Source: an uncultured Gammaproteobacteria bacterium
Lineage (GTDB): Bacteria > Patescibacteriota > Patescibacteriia > UBA9934 > CAZDDW01
NCBI GenBank assembly: GCA_965231015.1
Contig: OZ246408.1
Coordinates: 481,237 to 545,236 of the forward strand
Direction: 5' to 3'
DNA: 64,000 nucleotides
The notes under the pieces are model-generated. The model searched no databases and had not been told where the DNA came from. It worked only from the letters and a program-made list of their open reading frames with translations. Positions 1 through 8,736 of this stretch are shown here, one piece after another. The position numbers and the translations under genes are program-made. The first letter of the stretch is position 1. Each line of letters begins with the position of its first letter.

Positions 1-469
1 TACGGTCACACCACTTTATATTGGCATCGTAAGTGCGATTGTTAACACTCTGGCGGCTCTCTTGTTCTCGCGTGAGTTTGGGGTGGCCGGTCTTGGCATG
101 GCCTATTCGTTGTGGGCAGTGGTGCACATGTCTTTGCTTTGGGTAATGTTGCGCAATCGAGTGGGGAGTTTAGGGGAAGCAAGTATTATAAAATCAGTTT
201 ATGTGATTTCAGTTGCCGGGGTGGCCGCCGCAGTGATTATGCAGCTTGTCAAAACTCAGTTTGGTATTTTGCTCGAGCTCGATACTTTCTGGTCAGTGCT
301 TGCGCAAGGGGCTGCGGCCGGATTAGCTGGACTCGCTGTGTATGTGGCAGTATGTTGGGTCTTACATAGTCCTGAATTAAAAGAGGTTATTGAAGGATTA
401 AAAATCCGGTTACTTAGAAAAGCCGTTATTGAGTCACCAATCACCGAAGCTGGCGGCGGTACTGAATAA
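1..469 (+). CDS. C-terminal fragment (5' partial) of a polytopic membrane protein, MurJ/MviN-like lipid II flippase candidate
   Basis: The reading frame is open to the window edge. The hydrophobic segments with small-residue runs (GVAGLGMAYSLWAVVHMSLLWVMLR) resemble the last TM helices of MurJ. The tracked ORF 62..469 starts at an internal TTG. Confidence 0.4.
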   Translation, partial: TVTPLYIGIVSAIVNTLAALLFSREFGVAGLGMAYSLWAVVHMSLLWVMLRNRVGSLGEASIIKSVYVISVAGVAAAVIMQLVKTQFGILLELDTFWSVLAQGAAAGLAGLAVYVAVCWVLHSPELKEVIEGLKIRLLRKAVIESPITEAGGGTE

Positions 470-507
470 GTTGATTTAAATGATTTTTTTGTTAAACTGC
501 AATTGTT

Positions 508-2343
508 ATGACAACCAATGAATTACGGCAAAAATACCTGGATTATTTTAGGGCGTTTAACCATAAGGTGGTGCCGTCGTCTTCTTTGATTCCGGAAAAT
601 GATTCCACGACTTTGTTTACCAGCGCTGGTATGCAACCCATGATGCCGTACTTGCTCGGAGAATCGCATCCAAAGGGGAATCGTATAGCAGACTCCCAAA
701 AGTGTTTTCGTACCCAAGATATCGACGAAATAGGGGACAATCGGCACACTACATTTTTTGAAATGCTTGGAAATTGGTCATTTGGTGACTATTTTAAAGC
801 CGAACAGATTCCATGGGTGTTTGATTTTGTGGTGAACACGCTTGGACTTGATCCGTCTCGTCTTTACGTCACTTGTTACGAAGGAAATGATTCAATAGGG
901 ATTCCAAAGGATACTGAAGCTTTTGATTTATGGGTTGAGCAGTATCAAAAAGTTGGAATTGAAGCCAAAGAAAACGAACGAATTTATTTTTACGGGGACG
1001 ACAAAAACTGGTGGTCGCGCTCTGGTGTCTCAAGCAAGATGCCGGAAGGCGAACCTGGTGGACCGGATTCGGAAATGTTCTGGGACTTTGATCCAAATAA
1101 TGAACTGAAGCTGCACGAGAATTCTGAATGGGCAAATGAACCTTGTCACCCAAACTGTGATTGTGGTCGTTTTTTAGAGATTGGTAATTCAGTATTCATG
1201 CAGTATATGAAGACGGCAGATAGTTTTGAACCGCTCACGAATCAAAATATCGACTTTGGTGGAGGGTTAGAGCGCATGGTGGCGGCAGTAAACGATGATC
1301 CTGACATCTTTAACATTGATGTGTTTTCTGGCGTTAAAAAAGAGCTCGAACAATTATCCGGCCAGAAATATCTTGATGGGGAAGAGGATATGTTAGGAAT
1401 GCGGGTAATCATGGATCATTTGCGCGCGGCCACATTTTTAATTGGCGACGGGGCCTATCCATCTAACAAAGATCAAGGTTACTTTACACGTCGCTTGATT
1501 CGTCGCGCTGTGCGTTATGGGTCACAAATCGGAATCAAGGGTCAATTCACAACCAAACTTGCCGAGCTGTACATCGAAGTATATCGGAACACGTATCCAA
1601 ATTTACTCGAGCACAAGCAAAAAATCTTGGACGAGCTTGAAAAAGAAGAAAACAAGTTTATGAAAACCCTTGCTCGAGGTCTTAAGGAGCTAGACAAAGG
1701 ACTCGATGGTAACCTTGGTGAGCAAGCTTTTTATTATTTTGAGTCACATGGTTTTCCATTAGAGTTGTTCTTAGAAGAACTTGAGCGTCGAAATATTAAG
1801 CATGATAAGAAAAAGATTGAGTCAACTTTTAATGATTGGTTCAAGGCTCATCAGGAGATTTCTCGTGCCGGGGCAGAGCAGAAGTTTAAGGGCGGACTAG
1901 CTGATACTGGAGAAATGAGTATTAAGTATCACACAGCCACGCACTTGTTGCACGAGGCCTTGCGCCGAGTTCTGGGGAATCATGTTGAACAAAAGGGGAG
2001 CAATATCACAGAGAAGAGACTTCGATTTGATTTTTCGCATCCAGACAAAATGACGGATAAACAAACAGCCGAGGTCGAAAAAATGGTAAACGAGGTGATA
2101 GATCAGGATCTTGAAGTGGTTCAAGAAGAGGTGACCCTGGATGAGGCTAAAAAAGCTGGGGCAATCGGGTTGTTTGATGATAAATATGGTGATAAGGTTA
2201 AGGTGTACACCATAGGAAATTTTTCAAAGGAAATTTGTGGCGGTCCACATGTGGCTCGGACCGGGGAACTTGGTACATTTATAATCAAAAAGGAACAAGC
2301 TAGTTCTGCTGGAGTGAGACGTATTAAAGCAGTACTGGAATAA
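508..2343 (+). CDS. alaS: alanine--tRNA ligase (short form: catalytic + tRNA-recognition + editing domains, no C-Ala domain)
   Basis: The N-terminus (FTSAGMQPMMPYLLG, GNWSFGDYFK) matches the class II AlaRS core. The editing-domain HxxxH motif (HTATHLLHEALRRVLG) and CGGPHV are present near the C-terminus. At 611 aa it is about 250 aa shorter than typical bacterial AlaRS. Confidence 0.9.
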   Translation: MTTNELRQKYLDYFRAFNHKVVPSSSLIPENDSTTLFTSAGMQPMMPYLLGESHPKGNRIADSQKCFRTQDIDEIGDNRHTTFFEMLGNWSFGDYFKAEQIPWVFDFVVNTLGLDPSRLYVTCYEGNDSIGIPKDTEAFDLWVEQYQKVGIEAKENERIYFYGDDKNWWSRSGVSSKMPEGEPGGPDSEMFWDFDPNNELKLHENSEWANEPCHPNCDCGRFLEIGNSVFMQYMKTADSFEPLTNQNIDFGGGLERMVAAVNDDPDIFNIDVFSGVKKELEQLSGQKYLDGEEDMLGMRVIMDHLRAATFLIGDGAYPSNKDQGYFTRRLIRRAVRYGSQIGIKGQFTTKLAELYIEVYRNTYPNLLEHKQKILDELEKEENKFMKTLARGLKELDKGLDGNLGEQAFYYFESHGFPLELFLEELERRNIKHDKKKIESTFNDWFKAHQEISRAGAEQKFKGGLADTGEMSIKYHTATHLLHEALRRVLGNHVEQKGSNITEKRLRFDFSHPDKMTDKQTAEVEKMVNEVIDQDLEVVQEEVTLDEAKKAGAIGLFDDKYGDKVKVYTIGNFSKEICGGPHVARTGELGTFIIKKEQASSAGVRRIKAVLE

Positions 2344-2384
2344 TTGGCTAAAATTAGCCATGTTTAATATCCACACTATAAAAC

Positions 2385-2413
2385 TTGACAGAAATTCTAA
2401 ATAAGCTTAAAAT
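2385..2413 (+). promoter_or_regulatory. sigma70-like promoter (TTGACA-17 nt-TAAAAT) upstream of infA operon; a second candidate TTGCTA-17-TAGAAT at 2443..2471
   Basis: There is a direct hexamer match with a 17-nt spacer in the alaS-infA intergenic region. Confidence 0.45.
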
Positions 2414-2481
2414 AGGCGCGCCCTTAAATATCCACATAGGGCTTGCTATTTTTTAGCTTATTTGATAGAATTTCGGCACTT

Positions 2482-2706
2482 ATGGCCGAAAAACAAAGCA
2501 AAGAATTTATTGAAGCACGGGGTACTGTGGAGGAGCTCTTACCCTCAACTAACTTCAAAGTTCGGTTGGAAAATGGGCAGGAAGCCAAAGCTCATCTTTC
2601 CGGAAAAATGCGAAAGTTTCGCATCCGAATTTCAGTTGGAGATGAGGTAAAAGTGGAGTTGTCTCCCTACGATCTGACTCGTGGACGCATTGTCTTCCGA
2701 TTCTGA
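2482..2706 (+). CDS. infA: translation initiation factor IF-1
   Basis: The S1-like IF-1 sequence is present ([50 protein letters not shown]). The start was chosen at the internal ATG of the tracked ORF 2443..2706. Confidence 0.9.
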   Translation: MAEKQSKEFIEARGTVEELLPSTNFKVRLENGQEAKAHLSGKMRKFRIRISVGDEVKVELSPYDLTRGRIVFRF

Positions 2707-2735
2707 TTCGTACTACCGCGTGAATAACTTTATTT

Positions 2736-2849
2736 ATGAAAGTTCGTGCATCTGTAAAAAAGCGATGTCGTGATTGTAAAGTAATCCGTCGGCACGGACG
2801 AGTTGTTGTGGTTTGTAAAAACCCTCGACATAAACAGCGTCAAGGATAA
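2736..2849 (+). CDS. rpmJ: 50S ribosomal protein L36
   Basis: This 37-aa ORF ([37 protein letters not shown]) is below the ORF-track cutoff. The L36 zinc-ribbon pattern is present. Confidence 0.9.
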   Translation: MKVRASVKKRCRDCKVIRRHGRVVVVCKNPRHKQRQG

Positions 2850-2851
2850 CT

Positions 2852-3238
2852 ATGGCACGTATCGCCGGTGTAACACTTCCAGCCGATAAACGAATCGTGA
2901 TTGCCCTCACGTATATTTATGGTATTGGATCGACCCGATCAAAGAAAATTTTAAAGGAAGCAAAAGTTGATGAAAGTGTTCGAACCAAAGATTTAACCGG
3001 AGAGCAGGAAACAGCAATTAGAAATGTTTTAGAGAAAACTTATCGTGTTGAAGGTGAACTTCGGCGCGATGTTTTACAAGATGTTAAACGATTAAAAGAG
3101 ATCGGTTGTTACCGGGGTGACCGTCACACCAAAAATCTGCCTTCCCGTGGCCAGCGAACCAAAACCAATTCACGAACTCGCCGCGGAAACAAACGGCAGA
3201 CTATGGGAAGTGGACGCCGTGCTCTTACTAAGACCTAA
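2852..3238 (+). CDS. rpsM: 30S ribosomal protein S13
   Basis: The sequence [26 protein letters not shown] with a basic C-tail matches S13. Confidence 0.95.
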   Translation: MARIAGVTLPADKRIVIALTYIYGIGSTRSKKILKEAKVDESVRTKDLTGEQETAIRNVLEKTYRVEGELRRDVLQDVKRLKEIGCYRGDRHTKNLPSRGQRTKTNSRTRRGNKRQTMGSGRRALTKT

Positions 3239-3240
3239 TT

Positions 3241-3636
3241 ATGGCTCAGAAAAAGCAGGTAAAAAGCAAAAAGAAAAAAGCTGTACGGCACGTTTCACAA
3301 GGACGCGCTTACATTCAGGCTACTTATAACAACACTATCGTGACTTTGACTGACTTGAACGGTAATACGCTCGCTTGGTCAAGTGCAGGGAAGTGTGGTT
3401 TTAAGGGTCCGAAAAAAGCAACCCCGTATGCTGCTAGTGTGATCGTAAAAAATGCCGCTGAAATGGTGGCGGACAGTGGCCTGCGGGATGTATTTGTTTA
3501 TGTAAAGGGAGTTGGATCAGGACGTGATTCAGCTGTTCGTTCTCTTAACGCAAATGGATTTAATGTAACCGGAATTCAGGATATGACCCCGATTCCGCAT
3601 AATGGGTGCCGTCCACCGGGACCACGACGAGTATAA
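3241..3636 (+). CDS. rpsK: 30S ribosomal protein S11
   Basis: The motif TYNNTIVTLTDLNGNTLAWSSAG....ATPYAA matches S11. Confidence 0.95.
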   Translation: MAQKKQVKSKKKKAVRHVSQGRAYIQATYNNTIVTLTDLNGNTLAWSSAGKCGFKGPKKATPYAASVIVKNAAEMVADSGLRDVFVYVKGVGSGRDSAVRSLNANGFNVTGIQDMTPIPHNGCRPPGPRRV

Positions 3637-3638
3637 AT

Positions 3639-4250
3639 ATGGGACGAACAATGATGCCAACTTGTAAGATGTGTCGACGCGAAGGTGTTTCGCTTTGTGG
3701 TCGGGAAAAGTGTGCCGTAAAGCGTCGTTCTTTTACACCGGGTCAGCACGGTCCGGGGCGACGACCACGATTGACCCCCTACGGACAGCAGCTGCGAGAA
3801 AAGCAAAAAGCCAAGCGTTTTTATAACGTAATGGAGCGTCAGTTTAGAAATTATTTTGCTAAGGCTAACAGCATGAAAGGGAATACCGGTGAGTTGCTGG
3901 TTCGCATGTTGGAAATTCGCCTGGACAACGTGGTTTATCGACTCGGTTTTGCCAGCACTCGTCGGCAAGCACGTCAGATGGTCAACCATGCCATGTTTGA
4001 GGTGAATGGACAAAAGGTAGATATTCCTTCCTATCAAGTAAAAATCGGTGACACTATCAACATTCGAGCGAACAAAGTCGACAAAAAAGTGTTCGAAGGT
4101 CTTCAGGAGCGACTGGCTAAGCTAGAGGCTCCTTCTTGGCTTCACATGGACGCCAAAGCTCTGTCAGGTAAAGTTACATCTTTGCCAGAAGGTGAGGACC
4201 TAAAACAAGTCTTTGATACCAAACTAATCGTTGAGTTTTATTCACGATAA
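3639..4250 (+). CDS. rpsD: 30S ribosomal protein S4
   Basis: An N-terminal zinc-ribbon (CKMCRREGVSLCGREKC) is followed by an S4 domain. The start was set at the ATG directly after the rpsK stop. Confidence 0.9.
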   Translation: MGRTMMPTCKMCRREGVSLCGREKCAVKRRSFTPGQHGPGRRPRLTPYGQQLREKQKAKRFYNVMERQFRNYFAKANSMKGNTGELLVRMLEIRLDNVVYRLGFASTRRQARQMVNHAMFEVNGQKVDIPSYQVKIGDTINIRANKVDKKVFEGLQERLAKLEAPSWLHMDAKALSGKVTSLPEGEDLKQVFDTKLIVEFYSR

Positions 4251-4255
4251 TTTTT

Positions 4256-5041
4256 ATGGAGAATATTCTTCTACCCTCCAAAATTAATTTCGAGCCTGGA
4301 AGCCACGAATATGAGGCTAATCTCGTGGTTGAACCGTGCTACTACGGCTACGGTACCACGCTCGGAAATGCCCTGCGCAGAGTTTTGCTCTCATCCCTGC
4401 CAGGTGCGGCTGTTACGGCCGTCAAGATCAAAGGCGTCACCCACGAATTTTCATCTTTGGAAAACGTTAAGGAGGACGTTTTAGAAATTATTCTTAATAT
4501 AAAGGCTTTGCGCATGAAGGTTCACGTTGATGAACCGGTTAAGTTGACCCTGAAGAAAAAGGGTACCGGCGATGTGTTAGCCAAAGACATTGATGCTAAC
4601 GCCGATGTCGAGATTGTTAATCCTGAGACAAAAATTGCTACGATCACAGATGACAATTTTGAATTTGAAATGGATCTTATTGTTGAGCGAGGGCGTGGTT
4701 TTCGTCCTACAGAGGATCGCAAGAGTGAAGGTGAGTTGGGACTGATTGCGGTTGATGCTGTATTTTCACCGGTTCGTAATGTGGCCTATAAAGTTGAGGC
4801 TACTCGTGTGGGTGAGATTACGAACTTTGATAAGTTGGTGATGACTATTGAAACCGATGGTACTATCACACCTCAGGAAGCTGTAGAAGAGTCAGGAAAA
4901 ATTTTGATGGATTATTTCAGCTTGATTTCACCGGGTAGTTTTGGTTCAGATGATGCGGAAGATACCCAAGAGGCAGAAGGGCCCGTTGAAGAAACAGGTG
5001 AATCCACTATAGAAGATGAGCCTGAAGAAGATAAAAAATAA
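4256..5041 (+). CDS. rpoA: DNA-directed RNA polymerase alpha subunit, N-terminal domain only (no alpha-CTD), acidic C-tail
   Basis: The alpha-NTD signature is present (EPGSHEYEANLVVEPCYYGYGTTLGNALRRVLLSSLPGAAVTAVKIKGV...). At 261 aa it ends in a DE-rich tail and rplQ starts 6 nt later. Confidence 0.85.
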   Translation: MENILLPSKINFEPGSHEYEANLVVEPCYYGYGTTLGNALRRVLLSSLPGAAVTAVKIKGVTHEFSSLENVKEDVLEIILNIKALRMKVHVDEPVKLTLKKKGTGDVLAKDIDANADVEIVNPETKIATITDDNFEFEMDLIVERGRGFRPTEDRKSEGELGLIAVDAVFSPVRNVAYKVEATRVGEITNFDKLVMTIETDGTITPQEAVEESGKILMDYFSLISPGSFGSDDAEDTQEAEGPVEETGESTIEDEPEEDKK

Positions 5042-5047
5042 ATTATT

Positions 5048-5398
5048 ATGCGTCATCGTAACAAGACAAAAACATTAGGACGAGTAAAAGCTTCTCGCGA
5101 AGCTATGCTTAGTGCGTTGGCGCAAAATATTATTCTTTACGAAAAAGTAAAGACCACTGAGGCAAAGGCCAAGGTTGTTCGGTCAATCGTGGAAAAGATG
5201 ATCACCACTGCAAAAGCAGGGGATCTGAATGCTCGACGAAAGTTAATGAAAGACTTACGTGCTGAAGGGGCAGTGAAGAAGGCTTTGGAAGTTTTAGGAC
5301 CACGCTATAAGGATAGACAGGGTGGTTATACTAGAATTGTTAAACTTGGCACCCGGCAGGGCGATGGCGCTCCTATGGTGCAGATTGAACTTGTGTAA
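5048..5398 (+). CDS. rplQ: 50S ribosomal protein L17
   Basis: The sequence MRHRNKTKTLGRVKASREAML....GGYTRIVKLGTRQGDGAPMVQIELV matches L17. Confidence 0.95.
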   Translation: MRHRNKTKTLGRVKASREAMLSALAQNIILYEKVKTTEAKAKVVRSIVEKMITTAKAGDLNARRKLMKDLRAEGAVKKALEVLGPRYKDRQGGYTRIVKLGTRQGDGAPMVQIELV

Positions 5399-5399
5399 T

Positions 5400-5756
5400 A
5401 TGACTACCATTGATAGAACAACTCATAAGATTGATGCAACTGATAAAGCGGCCGGGCGTTTAGCCTCGGAAATTGCTCAGCTTCTGCTTGGGAAACACAA
5501 ACCGGAGTTTCAGCTCCACGTTGATATGGGAGATACAGTGGTGGTTGAGAATGTGAAGAAAATGAAGTTTACCGGCAAGAAGCTTGATCAGAAGGTATAT
5601 TACAAACACACTAATTATCCGGGCAGTCTTAGAGAAATTCCGGTTAAAAAAGTGATGGATGAAAATCCAGCCAAAGTACTTGAAATGGCGGTTAAGCGAA
5701 TGTTGCCGGATAATAAATTGCGCAAAAACCGCATGAAGCGTTTAATCATCAAATAA
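5400..5756 (+). CDS. rplM: 50S ribosomal protein L13
   Basis: The L13 pattern ...KKLDQKVYYKHTNYPGSLREIP is present. The start was chosen at the ATG overlapping the rplQ stop. Confidence 0.9.
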   Translation: MTTIDRTTHKIDATDKAAGRLASEIAQLLLGKHKPEFQLHVDMGDTVVVENVKKMKFTGKKLDQKVYYKHTNYPGSLREIPVKKVMDENPAKVLEMAVKRMLPDNKLRKNRMKRLIIK

Positions 5757-5758
5757 TT

Positions 5759-6163
5759 ATGGCTGAAACAGTAAAAAAATACATTGAAGCAATTGGGCGA
5801 CGCAAGTCTGCAGTAGCTCGAGTTCGTTTGTTTGAGAAAGGGAAGGGAACTGTGATTGTGAATGAGAAAGACGCCAAGGAATTTTTTCCAGTAGATGAGC
5901 TGCAAGCCATGATGGTTGAACCGTTTACTGCGGTTGGACTGGAAGGAAAGTTTGATGTTTCTGCTAAAGTTTCTGGTGGTGGAATTCGTGGACAGGCTGA
6001 AAGTGTGCGACTCGGAATCGCCCGAGCGCTTGTAGAACGCGATCCGGAAATGCGAACCTCGCTTAAGAAACTTGGATATTTGAAGCGTGATCCACGATCA
6101 CGAGAGAGAAAGAAGTTCGGCTTGAAAGGTGCTCGACGAGCTCCACAGTGGAGCAAGCGATAA
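5759..6163 (+). CDS. rpsI: 30S ribosomal protein S9
   Basis: The motif GRRKSAVARVRL....GGGIRGQAESVRLGIARAL...KRAPQWSKR matches S9. Confidence 0.95.
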   Translation: MAETVKKYIEAIGRRKSAVARVRLFEKGKGTVIVNEKDAKEFFPVDELQAMMVEPFTAVGLEGKFDVSAKVSGGGIRGQAESVRLGIARALVERDPEMRTSLKKLGYLKRDPRSRERKKFGLKGARRAPQWSKR

Positions 6164-6178
6164 ATTCAGAATACAAAA

Positions 6179-6206
6179 CAGACCCCGTTCGGACGGGGTC
6201 TTTTGG
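6179..6206 (+). terminator. Rho-independent terminator after rpsI (AGACCCCGTTCGGACGGGGTCTTTTGG)
   Basis: A perfect 9-bp GC stem and tetraloop are followed by a T-run. Confidence 0.8.
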
Positions 6207-6260
6207 TCATCGAATAAATCTTCGGAGAACAACTATGTATTATCGTGTTATAATACAAAC

Positions 6261-6296
6261 GGGCAAATTTTTACGATCGTGAGATTCTGCCTGGAA
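6261..6296. repeat. 36-nt repeat copy A (GGGCAAATTTTTACGATCGTGAGATTCTGCCTGGAA) immediately upstream of PaaX-like gene
   Basis: There are about 31 matches over 36 nt with copy B at 6828..6863. The two copies bracket the CDS 6316..6813. Confidence 0.7.
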
Positions 6297-6315
6297 ATGT
6301 TAATTGAATAAGAAT

Positions 6316-6813
6316 ATGTCGGAAACAATTGAAATGTTGAAGGATTTAATGCATATGACTGGAGTTGCATTATCGTCCGGTCGGCATATGCCTTCGACCT
6401 CGATTCTCAGCAGGGCTTCCTATGAGGAAATAATGGAGAAAAGGAAGCTTTATGAGTCAAGAAAATTACTAAAACGATTAAAGGATCAGAAGTTGTTAAA
6501 GATAAAAGAAAAGGGGAATAGAATAATCGTTTCAATTACAGATAAGGGAAAATACAGATTACTCAAAAGTGATGTTTTGTACGGTGCCGAGTTCCTTTCA
6601 GGGTATAAGGTGTGTCTTGTTAGTTTCGATATACCAGAACATGTCCGGGCTAGCCGTGATGTGTTGCGAGCTTTTTTAAAAGAGGCGGATTTCGAGCAGG
6701 TGCACAGAAGTGTTTGGAGGACAAAATATGACGTTGTTAAACCATTAAAAGAATTGATTGATAATCTCGGAATAGGAGATTGGGTTAAGGTTTATGTAGC
6801 TAACGAGGTTTGA
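6316..6813 (+). CDS. PaaX-like mini regulator: N-terminal winged-helix + Cas2-fold (beta-alpha-beta) domain; paralog of 16047..16541
   Basis: The N-terminus has a wHTH-like segment (LKRLKDQKLLKIKEKGNRIIVSITDKGKYRL). The C-terminal segment (VCLVSFDIPEHVRASRDVLRAFLKEADFEQVHRSVWRT) matches the Cas2/PaaX-middle-domain pattern (hhhhSYDI..RR.V.+.L...GF..lQ.SVW). Confidence 0.55.
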   Translation: MSETIEMLKDLMHMTGVALSSGRHMPSTSILSRASYEEIMEKRKLYESRKLLKRLKDQKLLKIKEKGNRIIVSITDKGKYRLLKSDVLYGAEFLSGYKVCLVSFDIPEHVRASRDVLRAFLKEADFEQVHRSVWRTKYDVVKPLKELIDNLGIGDWVKVYVANEV

Positions 6814-6827
6814 TTAGTGATAGATCT

Positions 6828-6863
6828 GGGCAAAATATTACGATCGTGAATTTTTGCCTGGAA
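6828..6863. repeat. 36-nt repeat copy B (GGGCAAAATATTACGATCGTGAATTTTTGCCTGGAA) immediately downstream of PaaX-like gene
   Basis: See copy A. Confidence 0.7.
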
Positions 6864-6982
6864 TCTGTTTAGTATTTATCTGGTCTTTAGGTATTCTAGT
6901 AAAGAATATAAAAAATAAAAACACTGAACCTCGCATGAGTGGTGCGGGGTAGTTGGCCGGGAAGGTCTAGTTGGTGACGGGA

Positions 6983-7240
6983 TTATTGTTGGAGAACAAA
7001 CCGATCACATGCAGGATGTTTGTCGGCCTGTTGAGAGGCACCTTGATCGGTTCGCCCTTGATATAGAACCATTCCTCCACATGCGTTTGCCTTCTTGATC
7101 CACCCGAAGTTATTGGTTTCCGGCTGCCTGTCACGATGCCAGTCGTGCTTCCAGGAGTTATGTTTGTCAGTCAGAGCTTGGTGGAGCCTCTCCAGCTGAT
7201 CCGCACAGAGTTCCAATTTGTCAAGGTTGTCCCTCGACAA
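6983..7240 (-). CDS. GC-rich orphan ORF (TTG start), probable gene relic of foreign origin
   Basis: This 85-aa ORF lies in a locally GC-rich ~300 bp patch between the PaaX-like gene and wzx. No recognisable domain was found. Confidence 0.2.
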   Translation of the reverse strand: MSRDNLDKLELCADQLERLHQALTDKHNSWKHDWHRDRQPETNNFGWIKKANACGGMVLYQGRTDQGASQQADKHPACDRFVLQQ

Positions 7241-7263
7241 TTAGCCCAAAAATAAGGTAAAAT

Positions 7264-8736
7264 ATGGTCATGTCTGAAGGGAATATTGCTAAAAATACAC
7301 TGTATTTAACCATTGCATCAGTAGGTCAAAAGGTGCTCGCTTTTGTTTATTTCATGTTCATTGCTCGTGTAATGGGTGTGGAAGGGACCGGAGCTTACTT
7401 TTTAGCCCTCTCAATCACCACTATTTTTTCTGTGGTGGCTGACTTTGGACTACAGCCGGTGCTGGTTCGGGAAATTGCCAAAGGGCGGGATGCGGACGGC
7501 ATGATTAAATCGATTTTGGGTGCCAAGATCGGTTTTGTTTTATTGGGGGCGCTGGCCGCTAATGCAACTGCTTGGGTGCTCGGATACAGTCCACTTGTTC
7601 TCGGGCTGGTGGCGTTGGCGTCGCTCGTTATGATTCTTGATTCACTTCACCTGACTTTCTATGGAATTCTCCGCGGTAAACAGAAGTTGCAGTATGAGTC
7701 ACTCGGCGTGTTCATTGGCCAGTTGTTGATTCTCGTTACTGGAGGAGCTGTACTCATGCTCGGACCATCGCTTTATTGGTTGATCGTGGCTTTGATGATG
7801 GGTTCTCTTTTCAATGTCGCTTATTCCTCAAGCCGAGTTGTAAAACACATCGGAACTAATGTCTTAGTCCCAACCTGGAATTGGACTTACACTAAACGCT
7901 TGCTCATAATCGCGCTGCCGTTTTTTCTAGCTGGTGCGTTCACCAAAGTCTATTCCTACATCGATACAGTTTTAATCTCGCAATATCACGGCGAGGCCGC
8001 AGTCGGTCTCTACTCAATTGCCTATAAGCTCACGTACTCGTTTCAGTTTTTACCGCTCGCGTTTGTGGCCGCATTGTACCCGGGTTTGAGCTCACTTCTT
8101 GTCACGGATAAGAAACGAGTGGCTGAAGTATTTGAAGACGCCATGTGGTACATGATGATTTTAGTGACTCCGATCGTGCTTGGAATCTGGAGTATTGCGC
8201 CTGAACTCGTGGTTGCTTTTGCAGGGTCTGAGTTCACAGGCTCGATCTTTCCACTTCAGGTCTTGATTTTCGTTCTTTTCTTCATCTTCCTAGATTTCCC
8301 AATTGGTTCACTCTTGAATGCTGCTGATCGACAGGGAACAAAAACCGCTATCATGGGAGCGACCATGGTAGTGAACGTGATTTTGAACTTTATCTTTGTG
8401 CCAACACATGGAGTGGTTGGAGCCTGTTATGCTGCACTTGGCAGCTTCTTTGTTTTATTTGCGGGTGGAATGTGTTTTGTTCCCCAGATTATTAAAATCA
8501 GTTTTTGGAGTTTAACTAAGCGATTAGCACCGATTTTACTATCCGGAATTATCATGGCTGTAACAGCATATTTTTTAAGTCAGTATTTACATTTTATTCT
8601 GGTGATTGGTGCGGCCGCAGTGGTATATTTTGCTCTATTGTTTACATTAAAAGCAGTTAATGTGGGACACGTTCGTCATGCCGCTCAACTAATAAAACCT
8701 GAAAAACATGAAACGAATCCTCCTCATAACGCCTGA
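7264..8736 (+). CDS. polysaccharide biosynthesis protein / oligosaccharide flippase (Wzx/MOP superfamily)
   Basis: This 490-aa protein has about 12-14 TM segments with the Wzx-like pattern (N-terminal KNTLYLTIASVGQKVLAFVYFMFIAR). Confidence 0.8.
   Translation: MVMSEGNIAKNTLYLTIASVGQKVLAFVYFMFIARVMGVEGTGAYFLALSITTIFSVVADFGLQPVLVREIAKGRDADGMIKSILGAKIGFVLLGALAANATAWVLGYSPLVLGLVALASLVMILDSLHLTFYGILRGKQKLQYESLGVFIGQLLILVTGGAVLMLGPSLYWLIVALMMGSLFNVAYSSSRVVKHIGTNVLVPTWNWTYTKRLLIIALPFFLAGAFTKVYSYIDTVLISQYHGEAAVGLYSIAYKLTYSFQFLPLAFVAALYPGLSSLLVTDKKRVAEVFEDAMWYMMILVTPIVLGIWSIAPELVVAFAGSEFTGSIFPLQVLIFVLFFIFLDFPIGSLLNAADRQGTKTAIMGATMVVNVILNFIFVPTHGVVGACYAALGSFFVLFAGGMCFVPQIIKISFWSLTKRLAPILLSGIIMAVTAYFLSQYLHFILVIGAAAVVYFALLFTLKAVNVGHVRHAAQLIKPEKHETNPPHNA

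Noticed and set aside
112-2124. Short antisense/overlapping ORFs within murJ-like and alaS (112..369, 256..444, 523..747, 543..749, 869..1153, 923..1108, 1897..2124)
   Set aside because: They are fully embedded in well-supported genes on the other frame or strand.
6316-6813. Possible CRISPR-Cas locus suggested by Cas2-like C-domain
   Set aside because: There is no repeat-spacer array and no cas1 or other cas genes anywhere in the window. The architecture (wHTH + Cas2-fold) matches PaaX-type regulators instead.
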